A DNA stretch of 64,000 nucleotides from an uncultured Neisseria sp. Lineage in GTDB: Bacteria > Pseudomonadota > Gammaproteobacteria > Burkholderiales > Neisseriaceae. Numbering within the stretch: position 1 is the stretch's first letter; every line of letters begins with the position of its first letter. A program made the position numbers and the translations under genes. The stretch covers positions 22,005 through 86,004 of the forward strand of contig CAUSDA010000001.1 of NCBI GenBank assembly GCA_963529965.1. The letters are read 5' to 3'. Below, piece after piece: positions 36,676-45,589 of this stretch. Under the pieces are notes generated by a model. The model was not told where the DNA came from. It made no database searches and saw nothing but the letters and a program-made list of their open reading frames with translations.

Positions 36676-37920
36676 TCAGTGTTTGGAAAATGCGGCGGCA
36701 AAGTTTGGGCTGACTTCGCCTTCGTAGAGGACAATCGGTACGTCTATCAGACTTTGGAGCTTGACGGCGGTGGTCAGTCCGTTGCCGTCTAGGGTGTGGA
36801 CGGTTTCTTTCCCCACCCATTTCTCTGCGTCGATTTCGGGCTTGAATCCTTGCAGGGTTACGGGGCTTTCAGGGGCGATGTCGGGGCGGCCAACGGCTAG
36901 GGAAATATCGAATTCCATTGCGCCGCGTTTTAGTTTTTTGTACGCGGAACGCGCGCCGGTGGCGGCGGTTTTGGGGCTTTGGTAGGTATGGCGCAGGGTT
37001 TTGATTTTTTTGCCGGTGGTGTCCGCCCGTTTGATTTCGGTTACTTCTTTGGTGGTGGTTTTGTGGGTTTTGCCGTCTTTGCGCTTGGTCTTGTATTTTT
37101 TGGTGGTGGTGGTGACGGTTTTTTTGACGGGGTCGTAGTTGTCTTCGGTGATGACGACTTCGTGCTTTTTCCCCGTCCGCTTGTCGATGTAGTAGGCGCG
37201 GACGGCGTTGTAGCTTTCGGTATTGCTGTATCTGAATGTGTATTGGTCGCCGCTGTTGCGGGTAATCCTGATTGTGGGTAACGGCTGCCCGCTGGCGGTC
37301 GTGGCTTCGCCCGATGAAACAAACAGGAGGCGGCCATGTTTGACTGTTGCGATGGCGTCGTAGCGTTCGGCAAGGCGCGACAAGAAGGCGGCGTCGGATT
37401 CGTTGCTTTGGTCGATGTGGTCGATTTTTTCTTCTTGGTAGGCTTTGCCGATGATTGGTGTGTAGCCGTTGGCGGCGGCAATGGATTCGATGATTTCTTT
37501 CAGGCTGGTTTTGTGCCAGCTTTTTTCTTTTGCTTCGGAAAAGCGGTCGGATGTGTCGGCGGATTGGGCGGTGATGTGCAGGGTGTCGGGTGCGCCGCTC
37601 CAGCTTACTTCGGTTATTTTATAGCTGCCTTTATCGACAATGCCTGTTTCGATGTAGCCCAGCGCGATGGTTATCTCGGCAGACTTCGGGGGCAGGGCGA
37701 GCGCGCCGTCGTGGTCGGACAGGCTGACGGTCAGCTCGTCCGCCTCGAAGCCGCTTTTGTCGGTCAGGCTGATGGAGATGATGCGGGAGAGGGCGTCGGT
37801 ATTGAACGGCTTGCCGTTGATGGACAGCTTGGCAACGGGTGTCAGATGGTTGCCGCCCGTGTCGGTTATGGCGTTAAAGATTTTAACGGCTTGGTCTTTG
37901 ATGGTGGTCAGGATGGTCAT
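36676..37920 (-). CDS. Baseplate hub / late control protein D
   Basis: DKSGFEADEL, HIDQSNESDAAFLSRLA, GFKPEID. Confidence 0.9.
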   Translation of the reverse strand: MTILTTIKDQAVKIFNAITDTGGNHLTPVAKLSINGKPFNTDALSRIISISLTDKSGFEADELTVSLSDHDGALALPPKSAEITIALGYIETGIVDKGSYKITEVSWSGAPDTLHITAQSADTSDRFSEAKEKSWHKTSLKEIIESIAAANGYTPIIGKAYQEEKIDHIDQSNESDAAFLSRLAERYDAIATVKHGRLLFVSSGEATTASGQPLPTIRITRNSGDQYTFRYSNTESYNAVRAYYIDKRTGKKHEVVITEDNYDPVKKTVTTTTKKYKTKRKDGKTHKTTTKEVTEIKRADTTGKKIKTLRHTYQSPKTAATGARSAYKKLKRGAMEFDISLAVGRPDIAPESPVTLQGFKPEIDAEKWVGKETVHTLDGNGLTTAVKLQSLIDVPIVLYEGEVSPNFAAAFSKH

Positions 37921-37938
37921 GGCGTTTTGCTTTTCGGT

Positions 37939-38388
37939 TTAGATGCCTGCGATACGGCGGGCGATGGACACGCCGAGTTGCAGGGCTTTGCCTTTTAATC
38001 CGAGCGGGCTGTCGGATACTTTTTTCAATTCGAGGCTGAAACTGATGGCGCGGGCTTTGCTGTCGTGCATGAGCTGACCTCTGTCCTCTTTGATGGACGT
38101 GATGACGTATGCGCCCATTATCTGCCCGGTACCCAGTATCAGGTTGTACGGCTTGCCGCGCTCTGCCATGAGGCGGAGCATGGACAGGGAGGTATCGCCG
38201 CCTGTGATTTCTGGGCGCAGTTCGGCGGATAGGGTGATGGTTTCCGTATCAGGACCGATGTATTGCACGGGGTTGATACCGCCGCCGACGGTTGATTGTT
38301 CGGGATGCCGCCAGCCGTTTTGACGGCTGATGGTTTGGAAAGGGATGGTGCGTAACATAAATGGGAAAAATCCGAGTGTTGCCAGCAT
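37939..38388 (-). CDS. Tail protein U
   Basis: MLATLGFFPF, QYIGP, PEITGG. Confidence 0.88.
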   Translation of the reverse strand: MLATLGFFPFMLRTIPFQTISRQNGWRHPEQSTVGGGINPVQYIGPDTETITLSAELRPEITGGDTSLSMLRLMAERGKPYNLILGTGQIMGAYVITSIKEDRGQLMHDSKARAISFSLELKKVSDSPLGLKGKALQLGVSIARRIAGI

Positions 38389-38398
38389 TTTTTTATCC

Positions 38399-41104
38399 TT
38401 AGTCGTCTTTGAACGCGCTGCGGGCGCGGCGCGCTGCATTGGCGGTTATTTGTTCGATTTGGCGGCGGACTTCGCGGGCAATTTCCGCCGCGCTGCTGCT
38501 TCCGCCGTTGATGGTGATGTTGATGTTCATGCCGCCACCGCCGCCACGGTTGAAGTCGGCGGCAACGGGAACGGCTCCGGCAAGGGCGGGGCGCGGCTCG
38601 GGCGTAGAGGACGGCAGGATACTGCCCAAAGCGGTCAATCCTGCTTTGCGGATTTTGTCGAGTACCCGCCATCCGCCAAAACGTGCGACGTCGCGTTGAT
38701 TAAAGACGACCTCGCCTTTGTGGACGATACCGGCGGGGGTATTGACGCCGCCCGCGCCGGTATAACCGCCCGTCGAATAGCCTTTGTTTGGGATGTATGC
38801 GCCTGATCCAATGCTTGAACTGCCTAAACTTGGCATGGTTAATTTAACGGAAAAGGCTTTTTTGAGCCATTCATACGCACCCATCGCGGCAGATTTGAGG
38901 GCGTTCAATGGTCCAAGGGCTACCTGCGCCGCCTGTGCAATCGGATTTTCTCCGCCGAATACTTTTTTGATCCATTCCCAGCCTGCGACCAGTGCGGATT
39001 TGACTTTCTCCCAGTTTGCGAACAGTGCAATCAAGACGCCTATCGGACCCGTAAAGGCAATCAACAGCGGGTTATTTTGAAATACTTGTTTAATCCATTC
39101 CCAGCCTGCAATCAGGGCATTTTTGATTCTTTCCCAATTTGCGAAAAGTGAAATCAATGCGCCTATCGGACCTGTAAAGGCGACAAGCAGAGGGTTGCTT
39201 TGGAATGCCTGCTTAATCCATTCCCAACCCGCAATCAGAGCTGCTTTGACTTTATCCCAATAGACGTATAAGGCGACGAGGGCGGTAACGGCAAGAATCG
39301 CCCATCCGAACGGGTTTGTAAGCAGGAACATTGCCGCCTTTAATCCGAATGAAACGAGAGCCATCCCGAGACGGGCTATCCAGCCTATCAGTGTCCCCAT
39401 GCCGCCGCCTGCAAACCTGATGATGGTCATGAATCCGCTCATGACGCCTGTTATCCCGTGAACTGCCAGCCCTAGGGCTGAAATGGCGGTAGCACCCACG
39501 GCGAATAGGGCAATCAGCTTCATGATGGCGGCGGCGGCGGTGGGATTTTGGGCAGCCCATGTGCTTAATTTGCTGTTTACGTCGGCTATCCATTGGGTCA
39601 GGCTTTTGAGTTCCGGCGCTACTGACTCCCCCATCGTAGCGAGGAAGTTGGTAAACGTCCCGCTGGCTGCGTCCCAAAGGTTGGTCAGTGTGCCAAGCTG
39701 CTCATTCACGCGCTGATTCAGGCTGGCCTGCGCCTCCATTTTTTTGGCGAACTCTTCATAGCCTGTTTTTCCCTTCTCAATCATCGTGTTTAATGCTTGC
39801 AGGGTCTCGGCGTCGTCGCCGAATATCTTTTGCAGTATCCCCAATCTTTTTTCTGTGGTTAGGCTTTTGAGTTTTTCGAGCTGGGCATACATTTTGTCGA
39901 AGCCGCCGAATTCGCCTTTCCCGTTGGTAAAGTCTAAGTCTATTCCGCTGCCTTTGGTTGCTTTGGCGATTTTTGCGGTATCCATCATCCGTGTGAATAC
40001 TTTACGCATGGCATTACCGGCGGATTCTCCTGACAGTCCTGCTTGGTCGAGCATACCGACCAACGGACCCATCTGTTTCATTGCGGCTTCGCCCTTGATT
40101 TTCAGGGTATCAAGAGCGGGGGACAGTTTTGAAAATGCGCCCAAGATGTTGCCGTCCTCGACGCCTGTGTAGTAGAGGCGTTGGACTTGGTCCATGATGG
40201 CGAGCATCTCTTTTTCGCTGGCGCGGGTCGCGTCTTGGAGTTTGGCAGTCATCTCGGCGGCGGCGTCAGGGGCTTTTTTGAGCTGCACCGACAACATGGC
40301 TGCGGCCTCGCCCGTGCCGCCCAAGATGGTTTGAGCGGATACGCCTTGGCGCATCAGCATGGTCATGAGATTTTTAAAATCTGCCGTCGTACCCGGCAAT
40401 TTGTCGCCCAGCTTGGTAGCCAGACTGTTGATTTTTTCATATTCGGCGGAGACGCTGCCGTCTGATGTCATCATGGCGGCGCGCAAATCTACGGACGCCG
40501 TTTCGCTTTGTGCATATGCGGTTATCGGCTTTTCTAACAGGCGTTTCGCGCCGTATGCGTGAGCAGCGGCGACGCCTGATGCCATAATGGCTTTTGAGTT
40601 GATGTCGTCCAGTTTTCTGCCGGCATTTGCCCATTTTTGCTGCGCGGCGAATTTTTTGTTTGTTTTCTCCATCTGCTCGGCAAGTGTTTTTTGATTTTGG
40701 GCAAGATTGACGGTGGACGTCCCGGCGGCTTTCATTTCTTTTGCAAGCCGACCGGTGCTTTTCAGTTGCCGCTCTTGGGTTTGCTCCAGTATTTTTGCCT
40801 GCTGGACAAGTTTTTTCATTTCTCGGCTTTGTGCTTGGGTTGCGCCGCCGCTTTTTTTCATTTCGGCGAGCAGCTCCCGCTGCCTGTTGCGGTTTTCTGA
40901 CAGCTTTTTATTTGTTTCGCTTAGGTTTTGGCGATATTTTTCAAGCCGCTTTGTGTCGTTTAGGGCTTTATTCAGGCGCATTTGCTCTTGTTCGGTTTGT
41001 TTTAATCTCCCGCTCAGCCCTGATGCGGCTTTGCTGATTCGGTCAAATTGTCCGCTTGCCTTATCGGTGGCTTTGAGAATAATATTAAGCGTCTTATCGG
41101 TCAT
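38399..41104 (-). CDS. Tail tape measure protein
   Basis: 901 aa, coiled-coil N-terminus, ~40-aa GWEWIK repeats. Confidence 0.92.
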   Translation of the reverse strand: MTDKTLNIILKATDKASGQFDRISKAASGLSGRLKQTEQEQMRLNKALNDTKRLEKYRQNLSETNKKLSENRNRQRELLAEMKKSGGATQAQSREMKKLVQQAKILEQTQERQLKSTGRLAKEMKAAGTSTVNLAQNQKTLAEQMEKTNKKFAAQQKWANAGRKLDDINSKAIMASGVAAAHAYGAKRLLEKPITAYAQSETASVDLRAAMMTSDGSVSAEYEKINSLATKLGDKLPGTTADFKNLMTMLMRQGVSAQTILGGTGEAAAMLSVQLKKAPDAAAEMTAKLQDATRASEKEMLAIMDQVQRLYYTGVEDGNILGAFSKLSPALDTLKIKGEAAMKQMGPLVGMLDQAGLSGESAGNAMRKVFTRMMDTAKIAKATKGSGIDLDFTNGKGEFGGFDKMYAQLEKLKSLTTEKRLGILQKIFGDDAETLQALNTMIEKGKTGYEEFAKKMEAQASLNQRVNEQLGTLTNLWDAASGTFTNFLATMGESVAPELKSLTQWIADVNSKLSTWAAQNPTAAAAIMKLIALFAVGATAISALGLAVHGITGVMSGFMTIIRFAGGGMGTLIGWIARLGMALVSFGLKAAMFLLTNPFGWAILAVTALVALYVYWDKVKAALIAGWEWIKQAFQSNPLLVAFTGPIGALISLFANWERIKNALIAGWEWIKQVFQNNPLLIAFTGPIGVLIALFANWEKVKSALVAGWEWIKKVFGGENPIAQAAQVALGPLNALKSAAMGAYEWLKKAFSVKLTMPSLGSSSIGSGAYIPNKGYSTGGYTGAGGVNTPAGIVHKGEVVFNQRDVARFGGWRVLDKIRKAGLTALGSILPSSTPEPRPALAGAVPVAADFNRGGGGGMNINITINGGSSSAAEIAREVRRQIEQITANAARRARSAFKDD

Positions 41105-41138
41105 GGCGTTTTGCCTGTATTTAAGGGATGGATTTGAT

Positions 41139-41378
41139 ATGTTCGGTTTTTTTAAGCGTCAGCCTGTAAACAAACAGCCTGCATTCACGCCGTCGAGACG
41201 TCCTAAGTCTCCGGCGCAATTGCGGCGCGAAACTGACGAATACATCCTGAAAGTTCAAAATGAAAGTCGTGTTCTTTGCGAGAATTACCGCAATATGACA
41301 GCAGCTAAGTCAAATCCTTATCGGAAGGCGGTCAGTAGCGCGATTGCTTTTTTCTTCGTTGGGAAATTGTTCAAGTAA
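41139..41378 (+). CDS. Small antisense moron (79 aa)
   Basis: AAGGGATGG before MFGFFKRQ; C-terminal hydrophobic stretch; followed by a DUS hairpin. Confidence 0.5.
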   Translation: MFGFFKRQPVNKQPAFTPSRRPKSPAQLRRETDEYILKVQNESRVLCENYRNMTAAKSNPYRKAVSSAIAFFFVGKLFK

Positions 41379-41422
41379 TTTTTAATTGAAAAGGTCGTCT
41401 GAAATGTTTCAGACGACCTTTT

Positions 41423-41734
41423 TTATTGCCCTGCGTTTTCGGATTGGATCCGGTTTATTTCTTCTGCTTTTGCCGCCCAACTGTTTAACCTGTATAGGTT
41501 TTGTTCGGCAAACCAATCAATCGACCCTTTAAATGTGATTGCGCAGAGGGCGAGGGCATCGTCTATTGGGTAGAACTTTTGCTGTTCGCCGTCAACGTCA
41601 TCCTCCCAAATATCAGGGACGGAATTTATCAGTCGGCTGAAAGTGTCTGCTCGGTAGCGGAATCTTGGATATAACCCAATTCCGCAAAGGCTTCCTGAAT
41701 CTCTACTTTCGCTGACGGCGGCGCTGAAAAAAAA
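41423..41734 (-). CDS. gpE' extension reached by -1 frameshift
   Basis: -1 frame is open from the T8 run (41727-41734) to TAA 41423; encodes IDDALALCAITFKGSIDWF...LNSWAAKA. Confidence 0.7.
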   Translation of the reverse strand, partial: FFFSAAVSESRDSGSLCGIGLYPRFRYRADTFSRLINSVPDIWEDDVDGEQQKFYPIDDALALCAITFKGSIDWFAEQNLYRLNSWAAKAEEINRIQSENAGQ

Positions 41735-41985
41735 TCTACGGCGGCGTTGAGGGCTTGTGCGTCCGCCATGCTGAATCCGCCATATTGAGCCATGCCGATT
41801 TTGGGCGTACTGATTTTGGAGAGCAGCTTTTGGATGGTTTCCGTGTGTTTGATTTTAATCAGGTCTTGCCCTAAGCCTGCCATGTCTTTGGCGAGCGGTT
41901 CGCGGAGGGTGTAGGCCGTGCCGTTTGATACGGTTACGATAATGGTGTTGTCAGGGTTGATTTTGATTTTGGGTTCTTGCTGCAT
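41629..41985 (-). CDS. Tail assembly chaperone (P2 E-like)
   Basis: TLREP motif, VDFF slippery site, position after the tube gene. Confidence 0.8.
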   Translation of the reverse strand: MQQEPKIKINPDNTIIVTVSNGTAYTLREPLAKDMAGLGQDLIKIKHTETIQKLLSKISTPKIGMAQYGGFSMADAQALNAAVDFFSAPPSAKVEIQEAFAELGYIQDSATEQTLSAD

Positions 41986-42051
41986 TTTTTGCGCCTTTGA
42001 ATTGATTGTTGTCGGTCGGGCTTTTGCTGCCCGACCTTTGCTTTTTGACGA

Positions 42052-42558
42052 TTACAGACCTAATGCGTTGCGGATGCCGGCGCGAATGTCTTTACCGCCG
42101 ATGACGAGTTTGTTTGCCATCAGGTCGCATTCGAAAATGACTTCGCCGTCAACTGTTTCTTTCCAGTAGGTCAGGGCGTATTTAAATGTCTGTTCGCCGC
42201 CTTCGCCTGCTTTGTCTTCGTTGCGTGTGGTCTCGATGATGCGTCCGCGGGCTTCGCCTACCAATGTTTGATAGGTTTCTTCGTCCTCTTTGTGCAACGC
42301 GCCTTGGTAGCGCAGCAGGTTGCCATTAATTTTATGGCTGATTGATTTGAACAATTCGAGGTCAAAGCCCTTGCTTGTCATCTCAAGCTCGAGTTTTTCA
42401 ATGCCGTGAATGACTGTGTATTCACCTAGACCACCGCCCGGCGTGTAGTCTTCGGTTTTGAATTTGATGTCGGGGCGTTTGACGGTCATCAGGACGCCGT
42501 CTTTGTTGAGGCCGTCGGTAAATACGTTAAAACTTTTGAGGATGCGTGGTAACTGCAT
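42052..42558 (-). CDS. Major tail tube protein (FII)
   Basis: MQLPRILKSFNVF...IRNALGL. Confidence 0.92.
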   Translation of the reverse strand: MQLPRILKSFNVFTDGLNKDGVLMTVKRPDIKFKTEDYTPGGGLGEYTVIHGIEKLELEMTSKGFDLELFKSISHKINGNLLRYQGALHKEDEETYQTLVGEARGRIIETTRNEDKAGEGGEQTFKYALTYWKETVDGEVIFECDLMANKLVIGGKDIRAGIRNALGL

Positions 42559-42567
42559 TTGCTGTCC

Positions 42568-43848
42568 TTATACTGTGGTCGGTTTGATGTTTGACGCAAA
42601 CTCGATGACGCGGTCGGTCAGGTTGACGATAAAGCGGTCGGAGACGTGTTGGTTCAGTTCGATGTTTTCCAACGGCGGGGCGACGGTAAATTCGTAGTCA
42701 AATGCGAAGATGCCGTTTGATACGCGCTCTTTTTCGATTTTTTTCGGGTCGATGAATACCTGCGCGCCCAATAACCAACCTTTATAGACTTTTTCCGCCA
42801 GCTTCGCGTTGATTGTGTTGATGATGTCAATCATCAGGGAAGGATGCATCGGTTTATCCATTGCCCAGAGGAAACTTTCGGCAATGGTTTCTTTGATAAC
42901 TGATGAAACACGGACAGTCGGTTCAAATGCCCAAATCGGGTCTGCCGAGCATGTGCGATTTCCCCAAACACGATAACCTTTTTCACGAATCAGGGTTGTC
43001 ACATCGGCATTGTTGATGGTGTTCGCGTCTGAATTGATATTCAGCAAACCGAAACTGCGGGCATGACGCAGGGCGGATACGCCCTGAATTTCGGTATTTG
43101 AAATGGATTTATGCGGACCAATCTTTTGGTCAAGCATGGCGCGGGCGCCCAATACGCGGGCAATCGTTGCAGCAGGGGCGACAACATTGGCTTGGTTGTT
43201 TTTACCTTGATTTGATGTGCCATGCAGAATATTGAGTACTTTATTTAAAACTGCCCCTGAAATATCGCCGGGGACTGCTGGCGCTTCTGCCGGTGCTGTC
43301 TGTGGAAATGCCATAAAGTCATTGTCAATCAGCATCAGGTTTTTATCACCGAAACCTTTGCGATATTGAATAATTTCTGGGATGGTTTCATAACCACCTG
43401 ATGCCGCATAAACAAAGCCGTCTAAGGCATTGGCGGCGACGACCAGTTCGGCGGTTACTGATGCGTCATCCAATTCAGGCGCACCAATGATTTTCGGTTT
43501 GAACCCTGTGTAGGCAGGAGCTTTTGCCAAAGCCTGTACGCCTTTTATTACGTTTGCTTTTTTCTCGGCGGCATCATCAGTATCAGAAACACGAACGACG
43601 ACAATTTGAGCGTCTGACTGGTCGTAGATTGCATCTAATGATTTGGCGAGCGTACCTTGTATGCCGGCACTGTCGATTAAGCTACCGACGGATGTAGAGA
43701 AAATCGGGGTGTTGAGCGGGAAAACAGATGGGTCAGCATCGTTGCCAGTTGCTACAATGCCGATGATGTTCGTGGCGATGTCAGAAATAGCGCGTGCGCC
43801 ATGTGTGTATTCATTGGCGGTAACGCCGTGCATTCGTTTGGCTGTCAT
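42568..43848 (-). CDS. Tail sheath protein (FI)
   Basis: HGVT, FPLNTP, GYRVWGNRTCS. Confidence 0.92.
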   Translation of the reverse strand: MTAKRMHGVTANEYTHGARAISDIATNIIGIVATGNDADPSVFPLNTPIFSTSVGSLIDSAGIQGTLAKSLDAIYDQSDAQIVVVRVSDTDDAAEKKANVIKGVQALAKAPAYTGFKPKIIGAPELDDASVTAELVVAANALDGFVYAASGGYETIPEIIQYRKGFGDKNLMLIDNDFMAFPQTAPAEAPAVPGDISGAVLNKVLNILHGTSNQGKNNQANVVAPAATIARVLGARAMLDQKIGPHKSISNTEIQGVSALRHARSFGLLNINSDANTINNADVTTLIREKGYRVWGNRTCSADPIWAFEPTVRVSSVIKETIAESFLWAMDKPMHPSLMIDIINTINAKLAEKVYKGWLLGAQVFIDPKKIEKERVSNGIFAFDYEFTVAPPLENIELNQHVSDRFIVNLTDRVIEFASNIKPTTV

Positions 43849-43903
43849 GGTAAATCCGTATCCTATAAGATATTGAAACAGTATTTATTTTTTGTTCTTT
43901 CTT

Positions 43904-43939
43904 GGCAATCAGCCGTTGTTTTTTATGTGATTTTTAGTT
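43904..43939 (-). promoter_or_regulatory. Late promoter motif upstream of FI
   Basis: Aligns with 22801-22836 and 52966-53001. Confidence 0.6.
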
Positions 43940-43986
43940 TTATTAAATAGGTCGTCTGAATTTCAGACGACCTATTTTTTTAAGCC

Positions 43987-45531
43987 TTAGAGATACCCCA
44001 GTTCTTTGGCTTTGGCGATGATTTTCTCTGCCACTTTTTCTTCTACGGCTGGCAACAGATTAGAGCCGTTGTCACTTGACAAGGAGATAGGCAGAATCTT
44101 GTCTTTTTGAGCCTGCTTATCTGCCTCGGTCGGCGTGATGGCTGTGTCTGTCCAAACTTGCTCACTCATAAGGTAGGCTTCGAGGTCATACACTTTGTCG
44201 CCGTAGGTTTCTTTAAGCCATTCGTTGTACTGGTCTTTCAAGGTGTGGCGGAATTCAGATGTTGTTTTTTCCCAGCTTGTTTTATTGTCTGCCCAGTTTG
44301 TCATGACAATATAACGAGGGGATGTCTTAGGTTCGACGAGTGCTACACATTTTTCAATATAGGTTTTAATGCGTTCAAGGACTGCTTGATAGTTTCCTTT
44401 GTTCGCACTATTCATGTCGTATTTGCCTGTACTGATGACGCAGATACCGTCGATGTTGCCCGATTTTTTCAAACGCACCGGGTATTTTTTATCGATTTCA
44501 ACAGTATTTACTTTTGCACTCATTGGTGTGACTTTAACTTCTGTACCTTGTCCGCTAATAGCAGCGTCAATATCATCGCCAATCACAACGAGTGTGGAAT
44601 GCATGCTGAACGGGGTCACATTTTCGCCATAGCTCAACGTACCATCTACAGTGACGTCTTTTCCTCGTGCCGGGATGGTATCTACTTTAAAGCTGATATC
44701 AACAGGGCTGCCGTTCATTGACATCAAGGCATAAGCGGCGAGTGTGCCACCTTTGGCGTTATTCACGACCGGGATGTTTTCCGTTTTTCCTAACTCCATC
44801 GCCTGATCGCCGATACGAGCGCTGGTGGAGTCTCCGAAAAAGCTAATACTCCGTTTGAGTGCGACTGGCGGCGTGGTCGGTTGGACTTCTTTGGGTGTTT
44901 GGCTTGTTTCTTGTCCGTCTGAACCTGTGGCTGATTCAGATTTATTTTCAGCCGGTACTTTCGGCGAAGTTGTTTCGTTTGCCGCGTGTTCCGTTACGGC
45001 TGGCGTTGCCGGGGCGTTTGTTGCCGGTGAAGTTGTTTCAGTCGTTGAAGGTTTCGTTACGTCTGGTGCGGTCGGCGTATTCTCTGCTGGCGTTGCTGGT
45101 GAGATGATTCGCGCTTTCAGGCTTTCAAGCCATTTTTTCTCGTCGCCTGTGAACCCATTACGAACGGCAATATCGTAAGCGGATTCGCCAGTGGCTCCGC
45201 GCGGAAGCGTCATTTCAAAATTCAGGGCGCCATCTTCTGATACTGTCACTTTTACATCGGCGGCGTCACCTGTTTTAACCGTCACTTTTCCAATTGATAC
45301 TTTAATGATGGAAGTAGATGCGGGATTGGTCGACGGGGTTGCTGCCGGCGCCGTCGGTGTAGTTACCGAAGGCGTGGGTTGTGTTGTTGTACCGGACGCA
45401 GAGGATGTGCCATCTAATCTTTTTTGCACTTCTAATGCCAGTTTCTTTGCTTCTTTCGAATCGTCCGCTGCGGTGCGGGCGGTTTCTGCCATTGCCAAGA
45501 TCGCGGCTTCGGTTTTGGTGTTTGTCGTCAT
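43987..45531 (-). CDS. Tail-associated protein with P/T-rich linkers and SGNH-like C-domain
   Basis: GESAYDIAVRNGFTG..WLESLK motif; FFGDST, NNAKGG. Confidence 0.7.
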   Translation of the reverse strand: MTTNTKTEAAILAMAETARTAADDSKEAKKLALEVQKRLDGTSSASGTTTQPTPSVTTPTAPAATPSTNPASTSIIKVSIGKVTVKTGDAADVKVTVSEDGALNFEMTLPRGATGESAYDIAVRNGFTGDEKKWLESLKARIISPATPAENTPTAPDVTKPSTTETTSPATNAPATPAVTEHAANETTSPKVPAENKSESATGSDGQETSQTPKEVQPTTPPVALKRSISFFGDSTSARIGDQAMELGKTENIPVVNNAKGGTLAAYALMSMNGSPVDISFKVDTIPARGKDVTVDGTLSYGENVTPFSMHSTLVVIGDDIDAAISGQGTEVKVTPMSAKVNTVEIDKKYPVRLKKSGNIDGICVISTGKYDMNSANKGNYQAVLERIKTYIEKCVALVEPKTSPRYIVMTNWADNKTSWEKTTSEFRHTLKDQYNEWLKETYGDKVYDLEAYLMSEQVWTDTAITPTEADKQAQKDKILPISLSSDNGSNLLPAVEEKVAEKIIAKAKELGYL

Positions 45532-45589
45532 ATTTTTGACCTTTGTTTTAATGGGCTGGATGCCCGTTAGTTTCTATGTTTACCTAGTT

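Noticed and set aside
38960..39270. ~120-bp tandem repeats
   Set aside because: Ordinary Trp-periodic repeats of tape measure proteins.
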